Source of the DNA: an uncultured virus (IMG/VR IMGVR_UViG_3300035395_000183)
Taxonomy: Duplodnaviria > Heunggongvirae > Uroviricota > Caudoviricetes
Length of the DNA: 20,000 nucleotides
Virus record (IMG/VR): IMGVR_UViG_3300035395_000183
Direction: 5' to 3' (one strand)
Shown here: positions 1 to 8,507 of the stretch, in pieces
How the letters are laid out: each line of letters begins with the position of its first letter
Numbering within the stretch: position 1 is the stretch's first letter
Translations under genes and position numbers: made by a program
Notes under the pieces: model-generated
What the model was told of the DNA's origin: nothing
The model's input: only the letters and a program-made list of their open reading frames with translations
Databases searched by the model: none

Positions 1-222
1 CATATAATTTCTTATTCTTAAATCTTCATAGATATAATTTAAAAATTCATCATCCGTTTCTCAATCTCCAGCTGTTGTAGTTGGAAACATATAACTTGGA
101 ATCCCTATTGTTAATTTATATCCTGGATTTAATTTTTCGACTTGTAATCAACCATTATAGCAAGCTTTATATAAGCTCATTATGTAATCACGTATCGCTT
201 GCTCTAATTCTGTTTCTGTCAT
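1..222 (-). CDS. Hypothetical phage protein, 5' part only (runs off the window); TGA=Trp
   Basis: ATG at 222 overlaps the terminase TAA (TAATG). Reads MTETELEQAIRDYIMSLYKACYNG[W]LQVEKLNPGYKLTIGIPSYMFPTTTAGD[W]ETDDEFLNYIYEDLRIRNYM with in-frame TGA at 148-150 and 61-63 and no TAA/TAG. Confidence 0.8.
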
Positions 223-2420
223 TATTTAGGTTCTTTTAATGCGTTATAAGTTGCTCATTCTTCTTGTGAAAATTTTCTATAATGAGGTGTATTTTCCCAA
301 AATTCAGATTTAGGTTCATTATTAATTCATGTTTCATCCCTATTTTTTCTAGTCATATCATTTTTCTCTTCTCTTGTTTGCGGAATTACTCCATAATGTT
401 TGTATCCCTTATTATCAGTTCATCATCCAATATCTTGGAATTTTTTACCTTGTGGTTCTCTTGCTTCTGGTTTTTTAACTGATAATTCCTCATCTGCTAA
501 TTCACACATTCCCATAGCTGCAACAATATCAAATTTCTTTTTGTCTTCATCAGAGTAGTTTAGTAATTGATCTAATATTTCTCTAAACGATATTGTATAA
601 CAATAATCTAAACAAAAATCATAGATTAATTCTCTATAATGTTCAATTACTTTAACAGTAGCAGGAGTACCATACATATTTGAATTACCTTTTGAAATAT
701 CAGGCATAGTTGCTCTTGGACGTTTCATTAATAAAGATAAATATTTATGATCTCTAAAATAAGTAGTAATAGTAGTTCTTGTAGATTCTAAGACAGCTTT
801 CGCATAATAATAAGTAAGTAGTTTTGCTGCATTTTCATAAGCTTCTCTAGGGTCTCTAGGTCTGTCTTTATACATTGCAACATATTTTGGATCTTGTAAT
901 CCTAAAATTCTTTTCTTAATAACAATACAAAATTCTGAAGATACAGTTTCATTTGCTTTTTTAGATTGTGCAGAGTCTGTTGCTCCAATATCAATTGAGT
1001 CAATTCCTCCAACATATAAATTGTTATAATCCGTGCCTTCTTCAGACATTATAGGATGTTCTGCTATTAATATATTTCCATCAGGATCTTCACGTCATTT
1101 TACTTTTCCATTCCTCATTTTAGTATTTTCATCAATTGCTCATGTTAAAAATCCAGCTTTAGGTAATGGAATATCTTTATAAATATCAATATGTGCTAAT
1201 TGTTCTGCTATTTCCTCGACCGGAAATAAATTGTCTGAATGTTGAATTAAAGCCTCTTCAATTGTAAAACAATATTCAGATTTATATTCTAATAAATCTT
1301 TTGGTTCATCAATTAATTTTGATCGTTCTTTTAAATAATATTCTTTAGCTTTTCCAACATTACATCATCCTCGACTATCAATAAGCTCATAAACAATTCT
1401 ATAAGCAGGAATAAATAATCCAGAGATAATATATTTTCCATCTTGAGTAAAATTATGTCTAACAGGTAAAATATTATATGCTTGTGGATTTAAGGTCATT
1501 TTCTTTAATCCTTGCATTGAACTTGCTTTAGAGGAACCTCCAGTTCCAAAAGCAATACGTCGTCCAACTCTTTTACCTCCAAGTACAGAAATTAAAGCTT
1601 CGCCTTTAACTCATTTCTTTAATAAAACTGTATCCGCACCTGCTTCTTCGTAGATTAAAATTTGAGTTCTATCTCCCCTAAGTTTATCAACTTCATCGCA
1701 AACAAGTCCTTCAACTTCTGAACGATGTCCTGATTCACTTCCATCTTTATCTTTTTTAGATGCTCTTTTATGTGTAGCCGTATTTATATTCATGCGAACT
1801 CTTCGCAAAGCTCCTTCTGTGTTTTCATTTAATCAATCCATTTGTAACCAAATCTTACTAAGAGTTGGAGTTAAATGGTTTTTTGAAAAAGCAGAAACAA
1901 CAGATCTAAAGTTTGGAATAGTTGTATATGGTCTTACTATAAATGAAGAAGCCATTTCAGAAAATCCAATACCACGAGATTTTAATACAGATGTATCTTT
2001 CTTTAATTTTTCACACATTTCCAAATAATGAAAATATTCATATTGAAAAACTAAAAATTCTGGAAATCCATAAGTTTGATTTATAGTCTCAAAATCCGAA
2101 GATTTAAGATTATAGAAATTAAGAAAGAAATAATTATCTCCTGTTATTCTATATCCATTTACAGTATATCCATTATTACATCTATCAATTCTTTCTCTTC
2201 ATCAATCTACATGAGTCTTTGAACCTATAGGAATAGACGATGGACTATATCGGCCTGTTTTTAATTTATTAAGAGCGTCTTCTCTAAATCAATTTGGATT
2301 AAAATCTAATCCTTGAGTATCATTTATTGGTCTAAACCCAGTTAATTCAAAAGATTGTTCAATATCAAAATACTCAATAGGTTGTCCCAAAGGAACATCT
2401 CAAGTAAAAGTATTAGCCAT
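222..2420 (-). CDS. terL: Terminase large subunit (crAss-like), 732 aa when TGA=Trp
   Basis: Track ORFs 1833..2024, 1611..1808 and 423..1049 share one frame and are separated only by TGA. Open from ATG 2420 to TAA 222-224. Motifs: Walker A-like LKSRGIGFSE, Walker B ILIYEEAG, coupling motif IAFGTGG, RNase H-like nuclease YVGGIDSID and KFDIVAAMG. 13 TGA and 2 TGG. Confidence 0.95.
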
Positions 2421-2422
2421 AA

Positions 2423-2998
2423 TTAATCAAATATTCCAAGTTCAGTATTTCCTCTAAGCGTACTTTCAGTTTGCATTCCTTTTTTAACTTGATATTCTAA
2501 CTCTTTAAGAGTTGAGATTAAATCTCTACAACCTTTAATTTCTGCAATTAAATCTTTGCTTTTAAAAATAGGTTTGCCACTAATGGGATCTCTTTCTTGT
2601 AAATCTACATGGTCCAAATAAAATATTTGTTTCTCAACTGCTCCCATTGCAGATTTTAATAATCTTAAATCAAGGGACGAGTTTTGTAGTGAATCATATT
2701 TTTTACAAGCTGCACGAAATAATGGGTCATCAAATTCTGCTTGTGTTAAACGAGAATCTTTTAATGCTTCATTATGTTTATCTTGTTCCGAAAATTGGAA
2801 ATAAGGACTAGCTCAATCAAAGAATAAATATATATATTTTAATTCTCTAAAAGCTCTAAGTTTTTGTTTTCCAGTTTTATCAGTAGAAGTTTTATTTCTA
2901 TCTAAACTTAATAATGCATCAAATTCTTCAACTAATAAAAGTCCTTCTTCATCTAAAGATATATTACCATTAACATTATCATATACAAATCATTTCAT
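2423..2998 (-). CDS. Phage protein immediately upstream of terL (possible small terminase or packaging-associated), 191 aa with TGA=Trp
   Basis: Track ORF 2423..2647 extends in frame to ATG 2998 (MK[W]FVYDNVNG...YIYLFFD[W]ASPYFQFSEQ...). TGA at 2990-2992 and 2813-2815. Fits between neighbours with 2-bp gaps. Function inferred from position only. Confidence 0.75.
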
Positions 2999-3000
2999 AT

Positions 3001-3582
3001 TTATTTCTTTTTCTTTAATTTACCGCCACATTTACAAGAACAAGTTTCCATAACTTTTCCTCCTGCGGCTTTAGTAAGAATCATATCGCATCCACAAGAA
3101 CATTTCTTTTTCTTTTTAGTAGTTCCACCTTTAGCTTTAGTGATAACTGGATTTGATGCAGACTCTGCAACTGTTTCTTTCTTTGTAATTGGTGCTGCTT
3201 TCTTAACTAAATTTAATTTCTTAAGTTTAGCACCTTTAGCTGCAAATTGCGCACTATCTAAAGAATTAGTTTTATGATCTGCAATGTATTGAGTTTGATA
3301 AGCTTCTAATTGAGCTAAATTTTCTTCAGATAATTGTTTATATTGTTCAACAGCTTTATTAACAGTGTCGTCATCTACTGAAATTGTAGAACTTCATTCT
3401 TCTCCTGGTATGGTATCTTTAAATTTACCATACTTTTCAGGATTTATTTCTTGCGATACTAAGAAGACAAAGAAAGGAAGTAATTCTTTCTTTTTATCTT
3501 CTGTAATACTTCCACCTATTTGGAATGATTTTAATTTATCATATCCATAAGGATTTTTAAGTTTATTTAATTCTTGTATCAT
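3001..3582 (-). CDS. Lys-rich protein with repeated xxGG motifs and a Cys-rich C-terminus, 193 aa with TGA=Trp
   Basis: Track ORF 3394..3582 continues through TGA 3394-3396 to TAA 3001-3003. The C-terminus reads KAKGGTTKKKKKCSCGCDMILTKAAGGKVMETCSCKCGGKLKKKK. Confidence 0.8.
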
Positions 3583-3584
3583 AA

Positions 3585-3809
3585 TTATAATTTCTGTAAA
3601 TCTTTAGTATTATATAAAGCTTCCTGTAGTTGTCCTTGTGTTGTAAATCATCGACATAAAATTCCTTGAAAAAAATCTCCTCGTAATGATTCTGTCTTAA
3701 TTGATTTAGTTACTTTTTTAACTACAATCATTATAGGTTTATTTGGTATATCTTGTCTAATGGTTACTACATCACCAGGAAGAAAAAATTGTTTTAATTC
3801 ATTTTCCAT
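3585..3809 (-). CDS. YodC/DUF2158-like small protein, 74 aa with TGA=Trp (absent from the ORF track)
   Basis: MENELKQFFLPGDVVTIRQDIPNKPIMIVVKK...GILCR[W]FTTQGQLQEALYNTKDLQKL. The F-x-x-GDVV...P-x-M-x-V...C-x-W-F pattern resembles DUF2158, and the motif Trp is the TGA at 3648-3650. Confidence 0.7.
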
Positions 3810-3810
3810 A

Positions 3811-4350
3811 TTATTCCATTTTAAAACGTGCTTTTAATCCTTCATTAATTACTGCTATTATAGATGGCTCTACTGTAACTTTATATCCTTGCTGCATAAA
3901 TGGAAGAGGATATACTGTACGTGTATCATAGAATACATCGTCGCCATTTTTTATATATTTTACTTCAGGTCCAACTTCTATAACTTGTGCACATCCAACA
4001 AAGACATCCAATTTATCTTTTTCACCTGAATCAGGATTATTAAAATCTCCTGTATATTCTACTATAATTTTTCCCTCCATTACTTTTCTGTAAGGATTTA
4101 AAGCATAAGGTAAAATAATTATCTTTCCTCCCATTGGAATTAGTTCCAAGCGTTCTAGTTTTTCATCAAGTTCTTTTTGTTTCTTCTCTTGTGCTAATAA
4201 AAATAATTTATTAGCTTCTTCAAGTTCTTTCTGCTCTCTTAATTTTTGAGCATCTCTTAGTATTTGATTCTCTGGTAGAAAAATATCCTCGTTGGCTCCT
4301 ATTCTATTAGCCATATAAAATTTCCCTGTTTGTTCTTCTTTTAAACTCAT
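3811..4350 (-). CDS. GroES/Cpn10-like co-chaperonin with an N-terminal helical extension
   Basis: LIPMGGKIIILP...AQVIEVGPEVKYIKNGDDVFY matches the Cpn10 pattern (P-x-x-x-x-V-I-I ... V-x-x-VG ... K-x-GD-x-V-x-Y). Contains no Trp codons. Confidence 0.75.
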   Translation of the reverse strand: MSLKEEQTGKFYMANRIGANEDIFLPENQILRDAQKLREQKELEEANKLFLLAQEKKQKELDEKLERLELIPMGGKIIILPYALNPYRKVMEGKIIVEYTGDFNNPDSGEKDKLDVFVGCAQVIEVGPEVKYIKNGDDVFYDTRTVYPLPFMQQGYKVTVEPSIIAVINEGLKARFKME

Positions 4351-4377
4351 AATTCATTATCATTTTTTAATTAATAT

Positions 4378-4650
4378 TTACCACTTTCCTAGTGGACATT
4401 CTGTATCTTCTACTCTTGTTTTTGATCCTAACACGCAGCCACATCCATGTCTAAAACCTGGTTTAGCTGTTTTTGAGATTTCATTTGTTGCTGGATTTAG
4501 ATATAATGTTGAATTACATACTTCTCCAAATATTTTATCTTTTTTTAACAATTTACATTTATGACAAATGGCTATTCTTTCTTTATACAATTCTTCGTCT
4601 TTATTTAAAAGATTTTTGTATGTGCCATTAATTATTTGACTGATAGACAT
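4378..4650 (-). CDS. Small Cys-rich (probably Zn-binding) phage protein, 90 aa
   Basis: Likely start ATG 4650 (MSISQIING). Contains ERIAICHKC...C...GCGCVLGSKTR...CPLGKW; TAA at 4378-4380. Confidence 0.75.
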   Translation of the reverse strand: MSISQIINGTYKNLLNKDEELYKERIAICHKCKLLKKDKIFGEVCNSTLYLNPATNEISKTAKPGFRHGCGCVLGSKTRVEDTECPLGKW

Positions 4651-5345
4651 AATATAACTCCTCCTAATATTCCTCCTCCTAACCAATAAGGCCAACGACC
4701 TGCTCGTTTTTGAGATTTGTTTAATTGTTGTATTAATTTCTCATTGGATTGTTTATATATCGTTATAGCATCTTCATTTAGTTTTACAATATCTTTACAG
4801 TTTTCGGATACTTCTTTAAAAATATCAATTTCTAACTGTTGTTTATGTATAATTACTTCATCAATTTTATAAAGGTCTTTATATTTATATAGACTATTTA
4901 CTTTAAGTCTTAATTTAATTACTCCTTCTTTAGTAAATTGATATTTAATAAGTGTGTCATTTTGAGTATCTTTAATAATTGCCCATGTTGGCATTTGTTC
5001 TGTTAAAGAGTCAATTGCTTTTGCGTGGTCTGCTGCACTAGCATCCTTAATTATATTATCTTTTTTAGTTGTTTCAATATAAACAATTTCTTTTGTGCCT
5101 TTAACTTCTTTTATTTCTTTCTCAAGACTATCTACTTGTGATAATAAAATTGTATTTACTATATTAATAGAATCAACTTTTGCTTCATACTTAGCAGCTA
5201 TCATTTGGTGTTCTACAATATTACTATGTTTATAATCATTTACTCATTTAATAGCCATTCAATAAAATGCTGCCACTACTATCAAACTAGTAATAGCAAT
5301 TCCTACTCTAAAAAATAATTTTTTCTCTTGATTGCTTAAATTCAT
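4632..5345 (-). CDS. Membrane protein: N-terminal TM, long helical/coiled-coil middle, C-terminal TM (spanin-like candidate), 237 aa with TGA=Trp
   Basis: Track ORF 4632..5204 extends through TGA 5244-5246 and 5259-5261 to ATG 5345, adding MNLSNQEKKLFFRVGIAITSLIVVAAFY[W]MAIK[W]VND. The C-terminus is WPYWLGGGILGGVILCLSVK. Spanin role is inference. Confidence 0.65.
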
Positions 5346-6234
5346 TGTGTTCAATTTGTTGTTTATGAAAAGTTAGCATTCTTTCTACTTCAGTTTTTAA
5401 ATACTCACATTCATAAGTTGCATTATTTCCATCATGATCATAATGTAATAAAATAAGCGCTTTAATATTGAATCTAGGATCAATCTTTTGAATCATCCAT
5501 GCGTAAGTAGATAACTGTATGCTATAATGCCAAAAATTAGTATCTTGTATATTGTTAAGAGGATACTTCATCATAGAATGTTTTTTAGTTTTTCTATCGA
5601 AATATGCTTTCATATCAATCTTTTTATTAGTTTTATAGTCTAGAATGTATACATCAAATCCATCTATGATAACTAAATCAGCTTGTCCTGCCAATCTAAG
5701 TTTTCCATCAGGTGATATTCTAGATAAAAGTAATTCAGGATATATTCCACGTCCTGGTTCTATTTTATTTGAAGTCTTGGTAGAAAATGAACCACCTAAA
5801 CCTAAATGTTGTAATTCTTTTGTTTTACCAGCAAGATGTTCTAACTCATGCTGTCTATGAATTGCAGTTCCTCTAATACAAGAAGCTTCTCGCTTTTCTC
5901 GTCAGTCCTCAAGGATTTCCTGCTTCCTTGTAGAAAAGGCGTCTAAAGCAACGCCTGTTCTATCAAGGTAAGTTTGGTTGAATTGTTTAAAATTTAACAA
6001 ATCGGGTTTTACACTTTTAAAATTATCTTCACCTATTAAACTTTCTAATGCTTTATAGGAAGACCAAAAATCTTCATCAAATACAGTAAACTGATGAATA
6101 AGAGTTGTAACCGAAATGCAGGATTGATTAGATTCTTTAACCCAGTATTTATGGAGTTCATCATTATATTTAACTACTTCATTTTCTTTATCTACTAGGA
6201 GTTGATCATAATCAATTACATTTGTCACCATCAT
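5308..6234 (-). CDS. PD-(D/E)xK superfamily (exo)nuclease, about 308 aa with TGA=Trp
   Basis: Track ORFs 5902..6234 and 5308..5694 are in one frame and joined by a single TGA (5902-5904). Motifs: SVTTLI, [W]REKREASCIRGTAIH, LAGQADLV, ILDYKT, YSIQLSTYA. Ends at TAG 5308-5310. Confidence 0.9.
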
Positions 6235-6959
6235 TTAAATTTTTTCTTTTCTTTTTCTCTTTCATCTATCTCATCATAATTGATCATTGAACCAATTCTT
6301 TGTGCTGCCCTACTTACTAATGGTAAAATTGCTGGATATTCTAAAATATTATAGGATGATCGGGTTGTTACAATAGCTAAAAATCCAATGGCTTCGTCAA
6401 CACCCTGAATTGAATAGAATAAAACACTTTCAATATCTGCTCGTTCCATTACTTGTTCCAATACTCTGCAATCTGGGGGTATTGGCCCAGTGCGGTCAAT
6501 AAAAATGAATCCATCTCTTTCTAACCTTGTTAAAAATGGAGCCACCATTGCAGTATTTAAACGTTCATGTCTTTGACTCATTAAAGGTAATCCTGGAGTT
6601 GCAACTTCATTAGTTGCAGTCATAAACAAAAATGGAAGTCCTACGAGATTTGTAGTTCCGTTAGAAAACTCAAAAATAATTGCTCTATTAGCTTTTGTTT
6701 CTTCAGCTAAATTACTAAGTATTTCCTGCACTTCTTCAGTAAATTGTTTTCTAAGTCTGTTACCATGTTTATGATTAGCTTTTTCTTCTTCTTCTTTTTC
6801 AGAAAACTTTCTATCAATAATTTTACTTAATACATTCTTAGAAGATAATAAGTAAGCCCCAGCCAGAAGTGGGATCGAACTAACTGATACAAAGGCAAAT
6901 GCCGCTCAATATCCATGATTAACAATAATATAAGTTATTAATTTTAATACATCTGCCAT
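6216..6959 (-). CDS. N-terminally membrane-anchored protein with a probable GAF-like domain; T4-T-type holin candidate, 247 aa with TGA=Trp
   Basis: Track ORF 6231..6731 extends to ATG 6959 via TGA 6906-6908 (MADVLKLITYIIVNHGY[W]AAFAFVSVSSIPLLAGAYLLS, hydrophobic). Soluble part has ANRAIIFEF...ESVLFYSI...AIGFLAIV (GAF-like strand pattern). The 3' end is 6231 if the TGA stops, or 6216 if it is read through. Confidence 0.6.
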
Positions 6960-7002
6960 ACTGATTTAAACTTTTTAATTTTAGGTTTGTTTTAAATTTT
7001 TA

Positions 7003-7010
7003 CAAAGGTA
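7003..7010 (-). promoter_or_regulatory. Bacteroidota-type -7 promoter box for the recoded gene block
   Basis: Minus strand reads TACCTTTG (consensus TAnnTTTG), about 44 bp upstream of ATG 6959 in an AT-rich intergenic region. Confidence 0.55.
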
Positions 7011-7133
7011 TTTATAAATTTTGGAATAAAACACAATTTTTATAAAATATCTTAATTTTTAAATTCATTATTAATTATATTTGCTAAATTATTATACATT
7101 TGAATTGGGAAGTAAAATACCAATTCTTTATAA

Positions 7134-7820
7134 CTAAATGTTATTACTTCTTAATTTTGCTAATATCTTTGGAATAATAGGATTTCTTACACAGTCTTCG
7201 TCTGTAAATTCTATAGTTCCAATTAAGTCTGAATCTGAAAATATTTCTAAAACAGTTGCTAAACATGATTCGGTTTTATGTTTCCTATCTATTTGCTCAG
7301 TATCACCTAAGAAAATATATTTGGAGTTTTCTCCGATTCTTGTCATTATTGTTTTAAACGTATGGTTATCTATATTTTGTGCTTCGTCAATAATTACTAT
7401 TGAATTATCAATAGATAATCCTCTTATAAAAGCTAACGGTAATATCTCTATCATTTTCTTATTAAGCAAATCTTTTGATGAATCTGGTCCGCAGATTTTA
7501 TCTATATTCCACATGTAGGACATTACGAACGGTTCCATTTTTTGTTCCATTCCTCCTTTAAGAAATCCTATCTCTTCACCAGGAATAGGAGTTACAGATT
7601 TTACTAATATTACTTTTCTATACACTTGTCCTAATAAAGACAGCGCTGTAGCTAAAGTTACATATGTTTTACCTGTACCTGCTGGTCCTGTTGCAACCAC
7701 TATCTCTTGTTCTTCAATCATATCTATTAACTCTTGTTGTTTCGCACTCTTAGCTCTAAAGTTGTAAACTAGTCTTGAGTGCTGCTCTGGTAATCTTGGT
7801 CTGTCTTTCTTGTTTCCCAT
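7134..7820 (-). CDS. phoH: PhoH-family ATPase
   Basis: Motifs ATGPAGTGKT, EEIGFLKG, PLAFIRGLS, IIDEAQN, TRIGENSK, LGDTEQID and DCVRNPI. Its single Trp is TGG; stop is TAG. Confidence 0.95.
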   Translation of the reverse strand: MGNKKDRPRLPEQHSRLVYNFRAKSAKQQELIDMIEEQEIVVATGPAGTGKTYVTLATALSLLGQVYRKVILVKSVTPIPGEEIGFLKGGMEQKMEPFVMSYMWNIDKICGPDSSKDLLNKKMIEILPLAFIRGLSIDNSIVIIDEAQNIDNHTFKTIMTRIGENSKYIFLGDTEQIDRKHKTESCLATVLEIFSDSDLIGTIEFTDEDCVRNPIIPKILAKLRSNNI

Positions 7821-7875
7821 AAATTATTATTAACATTATGTTTTGGTATTATAATTAATACCTTTAATCAAATGG

Positions 7876-7905
7876 AAAAACCCACTACAATACTGCGTGG
7901 GTTTC
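7876..7905 (-). terminator. Probable intrinsic terminator or hairpin upstream of phoH
   Basis: Minus strand GAAACCCACGCAGTATTGTAGTGGGTTTTT: AAACCCAC/GTGGGTTT stem ending in a T5 run. Confidence 0.45.
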
Positions 7906-7981
7906 ATAGTTGGCTAATGTGAGATTGTGCCTCGATATAAATAAGATAATATCCTTGTTGTCACATGCCGCGTACAATAAG

Positions 7982-8161
7982 TTACCATTTTGGCTCTAGT
8001 CTTTTTGTGTTTTTGACGACATCACCCGCTAGATCTGGTGCAAATTCTTTTAAAGTATCTTTAATAAATTGTTTTGAAGGATTGCCTAATTGTAATTGAA
8101 TTCCTCTATAAGTTAATCCATCTTTTCTAAAGTCTACTATTTTTTGTTGTAATTCTGTCAT
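7982..8161 (-). CDS. Small helix-turn-helix-like protein, 59 aa (below track cutoff)
   Basis: MTELQQKIVDFRKDGLTYRGIQLQLGNPSKQFIKDTLKEFAPDLAGDVVKNTKRLEPKW. The ATG overlaps the TAA of the upstream gene (TAATG); G-L-T-Y-x-x-I-x-x-x-L-G is an HTH pattern. Confidence 0.7.
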   Translation of the reverse strand: MTELQQKIVDFRKDGLTYRGIQLQLGNPSKQFIKDTLKEFAPDLAGDVVKNTKRLEPKW

Positions 8162-8352
8162 TACTCAAATATTTTTTTATAATCCATTAAATCAATTAAT
8201 GTTATAAGACGATGTGAAATGCGAGTTATTTTATAATAATCTCTGCCATCCATAATAAAATCGTTATGGTTTACATAATTTAAAAGTATTCCATTTAATT
8301 CATGAGATAATTCCAATATCTCACCTTCTATTTCCCTAATTGTTTTCTTCAT
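8161..8352 (-). CDS. Hypothetical protein, about 63 aa
   Basis: Track ORF 8161..8388. The start is ambiguous because an (ATTTTC)n repeat supplies several in-frame ATGs; MKKTIRE at 8352 is taken as the minimal start. Confidence 0.55.
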   Translation of the reverse strand: MKKTIREIEGEILELSHELNGILLNYVNHNDFIMDGRDYYKITRISHRLITLIDLMDYKKIFE

Positions 8353-8386
8353 TTTCATTTTCATTTTTATTTTCATTTTCATTTTC
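8351..8386. repeat. Hexanucleotide tandem repeat (ATTTTC)x6
   Basis: ATTTTC ATTTTC ATTTTT ATTTTC ATTTTC ATTTTC, just 3' of the tRNA. Confidence 0.9.
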
Positions 8387-8392
8387 ACTTTG

Positions 8393-8464
8393 CCGGCTCT
8401 GAAGGACTCGAACCCTCACCTATTAGTTTTGAAGACTAATGTGCTGCCATTACACTAAGAACCG
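8393..8464 (-). tRNA. Opal (UGA)-decoding tRNA, anticodon UCA, probably tRNA-Trp
   Basis: CGGTTCT TA GTGT AATGGCA GCAC A TTAGT CT-TCA-AA ACTAA TAGGT GAGGG TTCGAGT CCTTC AGAGCCG G. All four stems pair, the variable loop is short, the discriminator is G73, and CCA is not encoded. Anticodon at 8432-8430. Confidence 0.95.
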
Positions 8465-8472
8465 TGGTATTT

Positions 8473-8507
8473 ATTTTATTTTATTTTATTTTATTTTATT
8501 TTATTTT
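8473..8507. repeat. Pentanucleotide tandem repeat (ATTTT)x7
   Basis: Seven ATTTT units just 5' of the tRNA; the repeat contains the TAA of gene 8491..8703. Confidence 0.9.

Noticed and set aside
222..2420. Terminase as a pseudogene, or split by introns or inteins
   Set aside because: All interruptions are TGA in a single frame, with no frameshift, TAA/TAG or evident inserted sequence; motifs are intact and a UCA tRNA is nearby.
5308..6234. Cas4 or a CRISPR-Cas component
   Set aside because: The PD-(D/E)xK core is present but the C-terminal Cys cluster of Cas4 is not, and there is no array or other cas gene in the window.
7076..7102. Two plus-strand TAnnTTTG matches pointing antisense into phoH
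   Set aside because: There is no downstream plus-strand gene and the context is extremely AT-rich, so chance matches cannot be excluded.
282..7518. Plus-strand track ORFs 282..482, 1792..2028, 3365..3550, 5645..5860 and 7138..7518
   Set aside because: They are antisense shadows of well-supported minus-strand genes and show no recognisable motifs.
8353..8388. MKMKMKIKMKMK N-terminal protein repeat
   Set aside because: It is the translation of the (ATTTTC)n microsatellite in the tRNA trailer; the real start is uncertain and probably the last ATG.
8330..8392. HDV-like (theta) ribozyme 3' of the suppressor tRNA
   Set aside because: The trailer is an A-rich simple repeat with no nested double pseudoknot; none was evident right after the 16076 tRNA either.
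8393..8464. tRNA-Sec / selenocysteine explanation for the TGAs
   Set aside because: The tRNA has a short variable arm and a 7/5 fold, and the TGAs fall in Trp-like rather than Cys-like contexts, too densely for Sec.
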